A stretch of DNA of 64,000 bases, from NCBI RefSeq assembly GCF_963921235.1, contig NC_086097.1, positions 121,956,001 to 122,020,000 on the forward strand. The letters are read 5' to 3'. Origin of the DNA: Mobula hypostoma (Eukaryota). Below the pieces are notes generated by a model. The model searched no databases. It was not told where the DNA came from and worked only from the letters and a program-made list of their open reading frames with translations. A program made the translations under genes and the position numbers. Shown here in pieces: positions 26,597 to 40,697 of this stretch (the first letter of the stretch is position 1; each line of letters begins with the position of its first letter).

Positions 26597-27029
26597 CATG
26601 CTTACTGTGTAAGGAGGATTCACAACCAATTTATTCAAGCGTATGGTGCTTGAGGGGATTCTCCCTATTAAATCTAATGATGAACATCAAATGGGAGCTG
26701 CGTTTGTCAAAAAAAGGGTTTCAGTTGTATGAGAATACTGATAATCAATGACATGGAATCAATACCTCTAACGTTAGCATTTTTGATCTTGTGTTGAAGA
26801 CAGCAGAGAATTATCTCTGGTGTCCTGACCAATATTTCCTCCAAAATAAGGTCTACGGTTTGTGAGAAATTTCCATTAGCAAATTATCCACTGCATTTCT
26901 GATATTACAGGTGTAACTACTTTTCAACACTGCTATATTGCTGTGTCTTTGAGTTCATAAAGGACAGATGACTAATAGAATTATTACTATTTTTTCTTTC
27001 ATTGATCTGAGGTGTAGGAAACTGCCCCA

Positions 27030-28190
27030 ACAAACTTTGAACACTGCTGCTAGACACTTAACCAAAAACCAGGAAAGGGAACATATCACTCCCGTACGCA
27101 AGAAAATCTGCAGGTGTTGGAAATGCAAAGCAACACTTCCAGCTCCATCTGTCTCAAAAAGTGGGATTTCCTAGTGGCCACCCATTTCAATTCTACTTCC
27201 CATTTCCATTCTGACACGTCAGTCCACCGCCACGATAAGGCACACTCAGGTTGGAGGAGTAACATCTTACATTCCATCTGGGTAGCCTCCAACCTGATGG
27301 CATGAACATTGATTTTTTGAACTTCTGGTGATTACCCCTCTCCTTCACCATTCCCCATTCACGTTTCACTCTCACACATTTTCTTCTCACCTTCCCATCA
27401 CCTCCCTCTGGTGATCCTCTCCCTTCCCTTTCTTCCATGGTCTTCCGTCCTCTCCTATCAGGTTTCCCTTTTTCCAGCACTTATCTCTTCCTCCAATCAA
27501 CTTCCCAGTTCTTTACTTCATTCCCTTCCCCCTCCGAGTTTCACTTATCCTGCCACCTTGTACCTCTTCCTCCCCTTCCCTCACCTTCTTACTCTGACTT
27601 CTTCCCCCTTTCTTTTCAGTTCTGATGAAGAGTCTCAGCCCAAAACGTCAACTGTTTACTGTTTTCTATAGATGCTGCCTGACCGCTGAGTTCCTCCAGC
27701 ATTTTGTATACATCACTCCCATACCTGTTACTCTGCATTGGCTTCTTGTATCTTTTAGAATTGATTTTAAAGTCCTCCTACTTGTTTTTAAAGCTCTTAG
27801 TGGTCGGGGACTGGAATACATTACAGAATCATTTCACTTTATAATCCTGCTCGAGCTCTCAGGTCATCTCACACCAGTCTCTTAAATTTAAACAATCTCC
27901 CTGAGAAGTTAATTGGTAGGTGAGCTTTTTTCAACTACACGCTTCAACTCTGGAATTCATTGCCTAAAACTGTAAGGAATGCAGACCCAGTTGACACTTG
28001 TAAATGCCAACTCAAAACCTATTTATTTTATCTTGCGTTTAACTAACATCTTTTTGTCTTTTATTTTCCTGTTGATTTTTATATTTTATTTTCATGTTTG
28101 TACATTTATCCCATTGTAAAGCACTTTGAACTACATCATCCATGTGGAAACTGCTCTCTAAATAAAGTTATTTGAATTATTATTATTGAT
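27030..28190 (+). mobile_element. L2-clade LINE 3' fragment interrupted by Penelope
   Basis: NTAARHLTKNQEREHITP...LHWLLVSFRIDFKVLLLVFKAL; tail gtaaagcactttga...aataaagtt(att)n. Confidence 0.85.
27098..27711 (+). mobile_element. Penelope family A fragment with a short inverted tail at its 5' end
   Basis: VATHFNSTSHFHSD, lgslqpdgmnidf and a decayed hammerhead at ~27617-27655. TSD atcactccc(g/a)tac at 27085-27097 and 27712-27724. Confidence 0.85.
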
Positions 28191-28594
28191 TTACCACAAT
28201 ATTTTACTGTAAGTACTTCATGTCAGTTCCATGCTATTATGAGAAGAACTCTGTGGGGAATTAACTATGGCATTTCTCTATAGTTTCTAATTTATTTTGC
28301 TTCTGTATATACTACATTTCACTACAAAGAGCAGGTAATTTAAGTGTGGGCTTTTTGAAGGATTGATAAAATATTTTGAAAACTGAAGGGGCAATATTTG
28401 GGGGTGTTCTGGTTTATGCAAATATTAATAAACTAGATCCAGCATCAAATGAAATATGCAGCAGCATATCTTCAAACGAAAACTTAAAAGTAATGTGGTT
28501 ATGTCAACATTTCTGTACAAGATCCTTTTATCTTTAGAGTGCTTTTTACTCTGTTGTGTCTGATGCACACTATATCATTTTCAATTATCAGCTG

Positions 28595-29144
28595 TACATG
28601 CAGTGGCCACTTTATTAGATACCACAAGTATTAAATAAAGTGGGCACTGTGTGTATGATCGTAGTCCTCTGCTGCTGTAGCCCGCCAACTTCATAGTTCG
28701 ATGTGTTGTGCATTCAAAGATGCCCGTCTGTGCATCACTGTTCTAATGCATGATTATTTGCGTTACTGTTACCTTCCTGTCAGCTTGAACCAGTCTGACC
28801 ATTCTCTTCTGACCTCTCTCATTAATAAGGTGTTTTCACCCACAGAACTGCCACTCAATTTTATTTTCTTTGTTTTTCACACCATTCTCTGTAAACTCTA
28901 CAGACTGTTGTGCATGAAAATCCCCAGAGGTCAGCAGTTTTTGAGATACTCGAACCATCCTGTATGGCACCAACAATCATTCCACGATCAAAGTCATTCT
29001 GATGTTTGGTCTGAACAACAACTGAACCTCTTGACCATGTCTGCATTCTTTATGCATTAAGTTGCTGCCACATGACTGGCTGGTTTGATATTTGCATTAA
29101 CAAGCAGGTGTGCAGGTGTATCTAAAAAAATGGCCTCAGTGTAT
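28595..29144 (-). mobile_element. Non-autonomous Tc1-like DNA transposon
   Basis: TIR-like ends cagtggccactttattag and aaaaatggcctcagtgta; HTH remnant DFDRGMIVGA...ISKTADLWGFSCTTVCRVYREWCEK. Confidence 0.85.
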
Positions 29145-29854
29145 ATTATAAAGACCGATGCAATTCTGCTTCCCTTATTCAGAATAATTATTAGAAATAA
29201 GAAGTGTGTTTTTATTTCAATGCTCAACAAGTCTGATACAAGAACCACTTGACGAACTGGAATTTCAGTGTGGCTACACCACTTCTGTAGCTACAATTCG
29301 ATTTTCAATTCCAGAGTCACATCCATTGTCTGTGAATTGGTACTGCAGCAGTTATAAGTCAAATTTAAGGCAAGGCATTGCGATGTTTCATTAAGAATGT
29401 TTAATGATTATGACAGACAAATTCAGTGAGCTGAAGCCTGAGGGATTATGCAGATTCTGTGATTCATTTTAAAGACCTGTCAGTCAATAATTGTGCTGGT
29501 CTGCTTTCCATTAGATTTAAGTGTGAGCTATGAAGCTGCCTTCAGTGACCTTCATTTTGGGTCGAGAGGACTAATTACAGGCTTGTCTCAAGGCTTATTC
29601 AGTCTTTTCCAAGGTGGTACTTGTGACATGAACAACTTCATGCAATGGCAAAAGTGATGCCTTTTGAAAATATTATTAACCATATGGACATATCCAGATT
29701 ACTCACTGGCTGAACCTTCTTGGTTACCAATCGCTGTAAAATATTAACCTCAGTTAACAATATTTACTGCTTGTTAGTGCTGCCACAAGGAAGCAGCATC
29801 TATCATCATGGACCCAGATCCAGGAGATGCTCTTTCCACATTACTACCATCGGG

Positions 29855-31750
29855 AAGTAGCTAAAGAGGTTGTAGAGGCATTAGCTGTGACCTTTCAAAA
29901 ACTAGTAGATTCTGGAATGGTTCCAAAGGACTGGAAAATTGCAAATATCACTCCATTTTTTAAAAGTTGGGGGGAGGGGGGCAAAAGAAAAGAAGTTATA
30001 TGGCAGTTAGCCCTACTTCAGTGGTTGGGAAGATGTTGGAGTCCATTAGTAAGGATAAGGTTTTGGGGTACTAGGAGGCATATAATAAAGTAAGCATGGT
30101 TTCCTAAAGGGGAAATCTTGTCTGACGTACCCATTGGAATTCTTTGAAGAAATACAGGCAGGACAGACAAAGGAGAGTGAGTGGATTGTGTTTTCTTGGA
30201 CTTTCAGAAAGCCTTTGAGAGGGTGCTGTACATGAGGCTGCTTAACAAGATAAGAGCCCATGGTGTTACAGGAAATGTACAAGCATGGACAGAATATTAG
30301 CTGACTAGCAGGAGGCAAAGAGTAGAAATAAAGGGGGCCTTTTCTGGTTAGCTGCACGCCGATTAGTGGTCATCTGCAAGGGTCAGCATTGGGACTTCTT
30401 CTTTCCACATTATATGTCAATGATTTGGACGACAGGATTGATAGCTTTGTGGCCAGGTTTGCGGATGTATGAAGACAGGTGGAGGGGCAGGTAATGTTGA
30501 AGAAGCAAGGAGTCTTCAAAAAGACTTAGATTGGGAGAAAGGGCAAAGAAGTACTTTATACTTCATTGTCGCCAAACAATTGATACTAGAATGTACAATC
30601 ATCACAGCAATATTTGATTCTGCACTTCCCACTCCCTGAATTACAAATTGATGGTAAATATTAAAAATTTAATTTATAAATCATAAATAGAAAATAGAAA
30701 AATGGAAAGTAAGGTAGTGCAAAAAAACCGAGAGGCAGATCTGGATATTTGGAGGGTACGGCCCAGATCCAGGTCAGGATCTGTTCAGCAGTCTTATCAC
30801 AGTTGGAAAGAAGCTGTTCCCAAATCTGGCCGTACGAGCCTTCAAGCTCCTGAGCCTTCTCCTGGAGGGAAGAGGGACGAAAAGTGTGTTGGCTGGGTGG
30901 GTCATGTCCTTGATTATCCTGGTAGCACTGCTCCGGCAGCGTGCGGTGTAAAGTGACTCCAAGGATGGAAGATTGGTTTGTGTGATGTGCTGCGCCGTGT
31001 TCTCGATCTTCTTCAGTTTCTTTCAGTCTTGGACAGGACAACTTCCATACCAGGTTGTGATGCACCCTAGAAGAATGCTTTCTACGGTGCATCTATAAAA
31101 ATTAGTGAGGGTTTTAGGGGACAGGCCAAATTTCAAGTAGCAGATAGAATATAGCGTAGGGAAGCATATCGTTATGCTCTTTGGTAGATGGATTAAACAG
31201 GTAGACTATTTTTCTAAATGGACAGAAAATTAAGTAATCAAAAGGTACAAAGGGATCTGGGAGTCTCCGTGAAGGATCTCTAAAGGTTAACTTGCAGGTT
31301 CAGTCTGTGATAAGGAAGGTGAATGCAATGTTAGTATTAATTTCCGCAGGACAAGAATGCAAAGGCAGGGATGTAATACTGACACTTTATAAGGCATTGG
31401 AGAAGGTGCAGGGGAGGTTCAAGAGAATGATTCTGAGAATGATAGCATTAACATGTGAGGAGTGTTTGATGGCTCTAGCCTGTATACACTGGGGTTTAGA
31501 GGGGACATCTCAATGAAACTTATCAAATATTGAAAGGCCTACATAGAGTTGATGTGGGGAGGATCTTTTTTTTTATTCTGGGGAGTCTGCAGCCTCCAAA
31601 TAGGGAGATGTCCTTTTAGAACAGAGCTAAGGAGGAATTTCTTTAGCCAGAGTGGTGAATCTGTGGAATTCATTGCCACAGATGGCTATAGGGGACAAGT
31701 CATTGCTTATATTTAAAGTGGAAGATTATAAGTTCTTGATTAGTAAGGAT
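29855..31750 (+). mobile_element. Decayed CR1 LINE RT region, interrupted at ~30553-31134
   Basis: VPKDWKIANITPFFK, LDFQKAF and VVNLWNSLPQ. Confidence 0.85.
30553..31134 (-). mobile_element. Rex-Babar-type LINE 3' fragment (second family)
   Basis: [39 protein letters not shown]; same family at 60590-60975; aagta on both flanks. Confidence 0.85.
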
Positions 31751-32547
31751 AACAGATTAGAGACACCAATGCATATTGAAACAGGCTGGATCATTGAGAG
31801 TGGGAAGCATCCATCAATGCAAGGTCTGGTTGAATGCGGAGCTCACCAACTGAGTGAATGGCTCAAGGTAGTCTTTTAGGTGGATAACAGGTGATTTGAT
31901 AGGGGTGTACAAGATGATAAGAGACATAGATTAAGTGGACAGCCAGAGACTTTTCCTCAAGATGGAAATGGCTAACATGAGGAGGCATAATTTTAAGGTG
32001 ATTGGAGGAAAGTATAGGTGGATGACTACAGAGGTAAGTTTCTTTATGCAGAGAGTGATGGGTGTGTGGAATCCCTACAAGGAGTGGTGGTAGAAGCAGA
32101 TACATTAAGGACATTTAAGAGACTCTTAGGTTGGCGTATGAATGATCAAAAAATGGAGGGCTACCTAGGGGGGAAAGGCTAGACTAATCTTAAGACTATG
32201 TTAATAAGTTAGCACGACATTGTGGGTCAAAGCGCCTGAAATGTATTGTAATTTTCTATGTTCAAGATTTCTATACTGGGACATGAACCAACAGTATATC
32301 ATTCAGGCCACTGCACCATTCTTAATATCCACATTAACAGAAATGAAACGAAAGTTGGTGCGTCTACAGTCTGTGAGCTAGACCTCCCAGTGTTGTGCAT
32401 GGAGTGATTGAAGAATCTGAGTCAGGAAGCAACACATTTCAGAGCATTCTGCAAGTAAGAGGAGATAGGATGTCAGGAAATGTAAAATGGACATTGAGCT
32501 CCTAGTAGAGTAATTCCAGCACAGGAGGAAGTCCATCAGGTCACCAA

Positions 32548-32823
32548 CGGTAACGTAGCAGTTAGCGTGACACTATTACAGCTCACGGCATCAGAGTTCG
32601 AAATTTAATTCCGGTGTCCTCTGTAAGAAGTTTGTTTGTTCTTCCCGTGAGTGCATGGATTTCCATTAACATTCCAAAAATATACTGGTTAGTAGGTTAA
32701 TTGGTCACTGAAAATTTCCTGTGGTTAGGCTAGGGTTAAATATGTGGGTTGCTGGTTGGTGCAGTTCATTGGGCTGGAGAGGTCTGTTCCAAGCTGCAAC
32801 TCTAAATCAATCAATCAATCAAT
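32548..32823 (+). mobile_element. tRNA-derived SINE (V-SINE/HE1-like)
   Basis: ggtaacgtagcagttagcg A-box-like head, V-domain-like body and (TCAA)n tail. Confidence 0.7.
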
Positions 32824-32979
32824 GCCAGCTCCTTGCAGAGTAATCCCATTAATCCCATCCCCACTCTTTACTCTTGGCCCTGATAAGTAAGATTGGTTTT
32901 AGAGTAGGTTAAAAGTTCAGCACAGCATTGTGGATCAAAGGGCCTGTAACGTTGTATGTTCTATGTAAATCAGGAGGTT

Positions 32980-34170
32980 CCAGAGGAGTGAAGGCAGACA
33001 GCAGCGACTATTTACACAACCCCAGATTAGAAGAGACTAAAATTACAAGTAGTTGTGCTTTCTTCATAATGGCACGTACATGCTGGACCCAGGACACATC
33101 TTCTGAAGTGATGTCACTGAGGAATGGTGAACCCTCTCCACCTCTGATCCCCCCGGTGAGGACTGGATCATGGACTTCTGTTTTCCTCCTCCTGAAATCA
33201 ATAATCAGCTCCTTGGTCTTGCTGACATTGAGTAAGAAGTTGTTGTTGTGGCACCACTCAGACAGATTTTCAACCTCCCTCCTATATGCTGATTCATCAC
33301 CACATTTGATTTGGCTGAAAACAGTGGTGATATCAGCAAACTTGAAATATGGCATGAGAGCTGTGTTAGCCTCACAGTTATTATTATAAATTGAGTAGAG
33401 AATGGGGTTAGGCACACAGCCTTGTGGTGTAGCTGAGCTGATGGTGATTGGAGGAGATGCTGCCAATCCAAACCGACTGGGGTCTGCAAGTGAGGAAATC
33501 TAGGAGCCAGTTACACAAGGAGACCTGGGTCCCAAGCTCTCTAAGTTTTGAGGGGATAATAGTATAGAATGCCGAGCTGTAATCAATGAAAAGCACCCTG
33601 ATGTGTGCATCTTCACTGTCCAAATGCTCCAACATTGAGTGAAGAGCCAATGAAATGGCATCTGCTGTGGACCTGTTGTGATGGTAGGCAAATTGGAGTA
33701 GATCCAAGTCGCTTCTCAAGCAGGAGTTGAAATGTTTCATTACCAACTTTTCAAAGCACTTCTTCACAGTGGATATAAGTGCTACAGGATGGTAGTTATT
33801 GGGGCAGGTTACCGTCTTCTTCTTGGGCACTGAGCGAGAGGTTAAAGATGTTGGTCAGCACAGTTGACCGGCATAGGTCTTTGATCACAGCACTTGGCCA
33901 GGGATCCTGTTTGGGCGGGATGCTTTCTGTTGGTTCACTATCTTGCAGGATGCTCTCACGTGACCCTCAGAGACAGTCATCGGAGGCTGCTGGAGTTTGT
34001 GACGATGTGTCCATGTTTTTTAATAGACAAAGCAACATAAAATCAATGAGTGAAACCTTGTTGTTACCTATGTTGCTTGGTTTCACTCTGTAGGAGGTGA
34101 TGATATTCAAGGCCTGGCACAGGTATTAAGCATCCTTCAGTGATTCAAGTGTGTTCTGGAATCGCCACTT
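32980..34170 (-). mobile_element. Rex-Babar-type LINE RT fragment
   Basis: [33 protein letters not shown] and LNVSKTKELIIDFRR. Confidence 0.88.
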
Positions 34171-34749
34171 TGCAGCAACGAAGTGGAGTCTGGAACCAGA
34201 AACCTGAGGTGGGCTGAGGAGTTAAGAAACTTGAAGCAAACAAAGGCTAGACAAAGCCTCTAATAGAACAGTACACAAGGAAACAAACTCCTCAGCCTGG
34301 ATGGTAGATCAAGGACTTCACCAACTACAACCTGAACTCAGTAGATTCTGGCTTCTTAGGGAAAGGAGAATAGCAGAGCTGCAAAGTTTGGTTTTATAGA
34401 ATTTGTTCTCCGTATTTGATTGGTACATAAAGATGGTGCGATTAAAAATCCTATCTAACATAAAGATTGTATTTTTGCATGATACGTTCACCAATCTTGT
34501 AAGCACAAAGCTAGAAGTGGGGTAGGTTCATGGACACTTGACTGTGCCATTAATATCACCTGAAAGCTTCCTCCAATTTCACTTGCTTGCTCACTCTCTG
34601 TATCTTTTGTCTCTCAATGTGCTCAGAAAGCTGCAGAGCGTTGTGCACTCAACCATTTCCATCATGAGCACTAGCCTCCCCATTATTGATGACATCTTCA
34701 AAGGGCAATGCTTCTAAAAGGTGGCGTCCAGCATTAAGGACGTATATAT

Positions 34750-35603
34750 TGTTACGTACCCCGTAGCTGGGTTGCCAAACCAGCAGAAAAGGACCACTAG
34801 TTGGAGTCTGGATTACTGGAAGCTAATAAAGTTTTATTAAAGAAATAAGTAACACAGTACTCTAATCGTACAGATATAAATGTAACAGGTTAGCAATGAT
34901 AAAACACACATGTACACAGAACTAGGGTAATAGGATCAATCAAGCTCTATCGCAGTCTAGGGGTAAAATGATCAGTCTCAAGTGACGCAGAGTTCAGTTC
35001 AGCTTAGTACAGTTCGCAGTAATCGCTGTTGTGCCATTGGAGAGAGAGAGAGAGAGAGCGGGAGAGAGAGAGAGAGAGAGAGAGAGAATGCAAATTTGAT
35101 TCAGCAGACCTTTGATGTTCTCAGGTGGTTTCGGGCGGACCCCTTTATGTCTTCTGTGCTCACCGACTGTGACCCCTCCGTTCCAGATACGACTGTTCTT
35201 CAGCAGTGAACCCGGCACCCAGGCAAGGGTGGACACACACACCAGTTTCCCACCGATGGTACCCTTTTCAGCCTGTGCATCTATGGTCGGTTCCCGCGAA
35301 CCAGACCTCCAACACTCACCAACTTGTGGGGGCACACCGCTCTTCCAGGGTCTCTTTATCTTGTGATCTCATGGTGTGTGTCGTGCCTTAGCGAACCTGT
35401 TCTTTTTATCCCCCTGCTGGGGTATCGCCTGTCCATCAAACTTCAAACAGTTCAGGTTCAAAGCAACCAGTCTGTCAATACTCTGAATTGTGTCTCTTTT
35501 CGTTATCTCTCTCCTCGCTCATTAACATTTTGAACGTTTCTCCATTTGTCTCCCTTATCTCTCTTATCAGCATCAATCTTCTGATAACTTAGTTTTTCGT
35601 CAC
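34750..35603. mobile_element. Probable solo LTR
   Basis: Non-coding block with termini TGTTACG...CGTCAC(t), set between TA-repeat flanks, more CpG-rich than its surroundings, with an internal (AG)n. Confidence 0.7.
35039..35087. repeat. (AG)n microsatellite
   Basis: Seen directly; one interruption. Confidence 0.95.
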
Positions 35604-35789
35604 TATATATATATATATTCCAAGTATATTCCAAATCACTGCAATTTCACTTGCAGATTTATGGATCAGCATGAATTGTGATGGAAAGTCCTTGTTTTTA
35701 AATGTTAGTACCATTTCCTCTCACAATGTGGCCTGATGTGCTTAGTGTTTCCAGCATTTGTTGTTCTTGTGTCAGATGTCCAGCAGTAT

Positions 35790-36800
35790 TTTGTCAATGG
35801 AATCCTATCACTGGACATATCTTTTCCTCCCCATCCCACCCCCACTCTCTGCTTTCTGCAGAGATCGCTCTCTATGTGGTTCTCTTGTCCACTTGCCCCT
35901 CCCCACCAATCTACCGCCTGACACATCCTTGTAAACGGGACAAGTGCCACATCTCCATTCTTACCACCATTCAGAGCACCAAACTGTCCTTCCAGGTGAG
36001 GCAACACTTCATCTGCAAGTCTGTCAGGGCCATCTACTGTATTTGGTGTTCCTGGTGTGATTTCCAGAATGTTGGGGAGACCCAATGTAGATTAAGGGAT
36101 GGCTTAATCGATTACCTTTTCCCTGTCTGCCACAAAAGACAGTATTTTCTGGTGGCCGCATATTTCAATTCAACATCTCAGTTCCATTCCGATGTGTCAG
36201 TCCCTGCCAACCTCTGTGGTCATGATGAGGTTGGAAGAGAAACATCTTATATTCTGTCCGGGTAATCTCTAAACTCTTGGCATGAATGTTGATTTCTCTA
36301 ACTTCTGAAAATTTCTTCCCTCCCCTCATCTTTCAATCGAGCTAGCAACTTGGTCTCGTAAAAACAAGAATAGCTTGCTACGGAAACATTGTCAAAAGAC
36401 TGTGCCCTGATAGCTCCACTGCTGAGTTAAGGGCTATTCTTCTTCTTCGTCTTTCATTCTTTTTCCATTCCCCATTCTGGCTCCTTTCTTACTCTTCTTC
36501 TCCTCACCTGCCTATCATCTCCCTTTGGTTCTCCTCCTCCTTCTCTTTCTTCCATGATCCACTCTCCTCTCCTATCACATTCCTTTTTCATCTCTACCTC
36601 TTCCACATACCACCCTCCACCTACCAGCTTGTTATTCCTTTCCCTTCCTCCACCTTCTTATTCTGGATTCTTCCCCTTCCCAAGCTGATGAAGAGTCTCT
36701 ACCCGAAATGCCGATTCTTTATTCCTTTCCTTGGACGCTGCCTAACCTGCTGAGATCCTCCTGTCTGGATTTCCAGCACCTCCAGAACCTCTTGTGTTTA
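35790..36800 (+). mobile_element. Penelope family A fragment with GIY-YIG remnant
   Basis: FQVRQHFICKSVRAIYCIWCSWC..VGETQCRLRD...VAAYFNS; decayed hammerhead at ~36684-36715. Confidence 0.85.
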
Positions 36801-36929
36801 GTAATTTGTCTTCCTCATTCATTTTCAAGGTTACATTGTACAAGGTCTCTCAGGATTTCGAATTCTTCCATCTTTTAAAAAGTTGACTTGTTTATCAATA
36901 ACTGTTCTGAAGTTATTGTCATCTTGTCA

Positions 36930-37482
36930 GGCTGCACTTGGAGTATTGCCAACAGTTTTGGCTCCCTTATCTCAGAAAGGATGTATTGTCATTGGAGAGA
37001 GTCCAGAGGAGGTTCATGAGGATGATTCCGGGAATGAAGGGGTTAACATATGAGGAGCGTTTGGCAGCTTTGGGCCTGTACTCACTGGAATTTAGAAGAT
37101 TAAGTGGAGATCTCATTGAAACCTACTGAATGTTGAAAGGACTAGATAAGGTGGATGTGGAGAGGATGTTTCCTCTGGCAGGGGTGTCCAGAAGTAGAGG
37201 GCACAGCCTCAAAATTGAGGGGTGTCCTTTTAGAACAGAAGTAAGGAAGGATTTTTTTAGCTTTAGTGTGGAATGCTTTGCTACAGACTGCAGTGGAGGC
37301 CAAGTCTGTGGATATATTCACGACATAGTTGATAGATTCCTGATTGTTTGGGGGCATCAAGCGATATGGTGAGAAGGCAGGTGTGTGGGGTTGAATGGGA
37401 TCTGGGATCAGCCATGATGAAGTGGCAGAGTGGACTCTCTGGGGTGAATGGCCCAATTCTGCTCCTCTGTCTTATGGTCTTT
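36930..37482 (+). mobile_element. CR1 LINE 3' fragment
   Basis: LEYCQQFWLPYLRKDVLSLERVQRRF; 3' UTR tail. Confidence 0.9.
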
Positions 37483-40270
37483 TTGAAAGTTTTGTAATGG
37501 TGTGCATGTGTGAGGGATCTGTGCATCAGTATTTACTACCTACGTCTGAAAAGGAAAGACTGAAACACTCAGCTAAGTGTCCTGCCAGTCAACACAAGAG
37601 CTTCTTACTTCATCCTCCTCCCTCCACCACTCACCTACCTTTCCCTTCCCCTTCACCTGGCTTCAACTATCACCTTCCAGCTTTGACTCCTTCCCTTCTT
37701 ATGCTGGCTTCCCCCCCCCCACCCCCGCCTTTCCAGTCCTGATGAAGGGTCTCAGCCTGAAGCATGGACTGTTTATTCCTCTCCATAGATGCTGCCTGAC
37801 CTGGTGATTTCTTCCAGCATTCTGTGTGTGTCAGTTTTATGTGTTTCAACTTGATAGCAGCTGGCTTTTGTGTCACCAATGGTGCGAGTGTCAGTAGACT
37901 TCGGCAATGGGTGGCCGAAGAGCTTGTTTATCCCCACAGTGAATGGTTTGAGTGTGGACTGCAGTACAAGCGGAGTGGTGAAGGTAGATTCAGTTATAAC
38001 ATTCAGCAGTGGTAAATGTCTGCAAAGCAATAATATTTATCACTTTTATTTAAACAGAAAGCCACCAGACAGTAAAGGTGGATACCTGCCAGCAGCACTT
38101 TCCCCCTTTCAAAACAAGTAAAATCTGTTTAGTGTAACTGCAGCTTATATTCCAGGCCCAATGCACTGGAACATTTTCTAAAACTAAGACCTTTCGATTT
38201 TTAGTGTGTGGTGACAACTTTTTATCTTAAAGATTTGCTTTACTTGTCAGGCGTACATTGAAACATGCAGCAAAGTGCATCATTTGTGTCAAACAAGTCT
38301 GTGAGGATCATGCTGGTTAGCCCACAAGTGTTGCTATGCGACCAGTGCGAACATAACATGACCACAACTCACCAACCCTAAATGTACATCTATAATATCA
38401 GAGGAAATAGGAGCACAGGAGGAAACACACATGGTCACAGGGAGGACGTACAAACTCCTTGCAGACAGCCGTGGGTACTGAAGCCTGATCTTACAGCTTG
38501 TGTTGTAATAGCATTGTGAAAAGGGCGACACTACCATGCCATCCTACACTGTGGTACAGACAACACGAGCCACAGTCATCGGCAATATGGAAATTTTTTA
38601 ATAAAAATAACTACTGTTTTTCTTTCAAACAAAAATTTCCAGTGTCATTGATTTACCAGATGGAATTTACATTAGACTTCCTGGGAGAAGGCTCAATTTT
38701 AAGGGAAAATTATGAGATGTTAGTGTCAAAACATCACTCCTTGTTTTACAGCATTTATGGCTAGATTGAGTATTCTGTGAAAGGAAGCAAATGAAACTGA
38801 ATAACCTTTACTGTTGTACATTGCATTTGAACTGGGAGGTGAAGGTTAGAATGACTATTCATTGCCAAATCATGTACTGAAACCATGGGATGAAAAGATG
38901 GATAACCTTGGGATAGAAAGAGAGATTATGTCAACAGAAAGAAAGGGGGGAAAAGAATTAGCAAATTTATACCTTTTCATACATATCCAAATGCATCAAA
39001 ATAATTTTCTATATTCAAAAAACTATTTTACCAGTGCCCAAGAGTTTATTTTGCTGTAAGTGAAATTGATTATACCATTAAAACCTCATACCAGAATAGA
39101 CAAAGCTTTGTTTTTACTAATAAGACACAAGACCATAAAAATAGGAGCAGAATTAGGCTATTCTGCCCATCAAGTCTGTTCTGCCATTCCATCATGACTG
39201 ATTTCAGAATCAGAGTCAGAATCAGGTTTATTACCAATTTCCAATTGGTTTATAAACCAATTGCCCCTGGGATCAATAAAGTATGACTATGACTATTATC
39301 ACCGTCATGTGACATGAAATTTGTTAACTTAGCAACAGCAGTTCAATGCAATACATAATCTCGCAGAGAAAAAAAATTAAATCTAAACCATAATAATAAT
39401 AAATAAACAAGTAAATGAATTATGTATGTTAAATAGATTTTAAAATGTGCATAAACAGAAATATTGTATATTTAAAAAAAATGAGATACTGTCCAAAGCT
39501 TCAATGTCCCTTTAGGATTCAGATGGTAGAGGGGAAGAAGCTGTTCCTGAATCTCTGAGTGTGTGCCTTCAGGCTTCTGTACCTCCTACCTGATGGTAAC
39601 AGTGAGAAAAGGGCATGCCCTGGGTGCTGGAGGTCCTTAATAATGGACGCTGCCTTTCTGAGACATCACTCTCAACCTGTGATGGTAATGGGTTGCTGAC
39701 CATGAAGTTCTAAACTCAAATGAAGACAGTAAGCCCCATCTAATATAGATAGCCATGGGTACCCTCACTATAGGGAGGTTATACTGTAACTACCCACTCT
39801 TCAAAGACGAGTTTACTTCCCTGTTTATTCTCCATATGAGTTTAGCTGCCAATACCCACTATTTTGGTGGTGGGATCTCACTCTCTACCAAGGAGCAGAT
39901 ACTTCCAGCTAATGAAGTAGTTTAAACACAGTTCATTTATTTTCAGTGGTACATGTTTAAATCCAAATTACATTCTTAAAATAAATATAAAACTCACAGA
40001 GGATTTATATCTTATAAAAGAATTCCAAATTACAAACTATTTCTAAACCACAAAGAATTTCCAAAACACAGGTACAATTCCTAGAAGCTAAAAAGACATA
40101 CCCACAAGCCACAGCTAAATCAGTAGGCCGTTGCAGAAAGTGAAGGCAGAGGAATGGATTCTAGTTCACCCTGTGTTTCTGGCATTCCTTTGAGATTCCT
40201 AAACAGCCTGAACTGCTGTCTATTATTTTTCTGCCACATTGGTGACTTCATACACGTATAATATTTTTCC

Positions 40271-40414
40271 TGACTAAGTTAGTCCTGATGAAGGGTCTCG
40301 GCCTGAAACGTCAACTGCACCTCTTCCTAGAGATGCTGCCTGGCCTGCTGTGTTCACCAGCAACTTTTATGTGTGTTGCTTGAATTTCCAGCATCTGCAG
40401 AATTCCTGTTGTTT
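40271..40414 (+). mobile_element. Short Penelope family A insertion: hammerhead motif plus tail
   Basis: TSD taatatttttcc at 40259-40270 and 40415-40426. Contains agtc-CTGATGA-A-GGGTCTCGGCCT-GAAA-CGTC-aact. Confidence 0.88.
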
Positions 40415-40697
40415 TAATATTTTTCCAGATACCTTTTAACACAAGTGGTCTAAAAGCTTCTACAGACAGTGATTCCAGGCACCTATATTTAATGCTGTGA
40501 AGCTGACTCCTTGAGTACATAAACTTTCCAATTTATTAATAGATCACCTATTGATATGCTTATTGATATTATCAATCTAGTCTGTAAACTCCCTTGAACT
40601 AAACTTAGTCAACATTGTCTGTTTTTAAACAAGCCAAATTAAATAACTCCTTGTTTTATACTACACCGCTTTAACAGTTAGTAAAAGTACTATAGAC

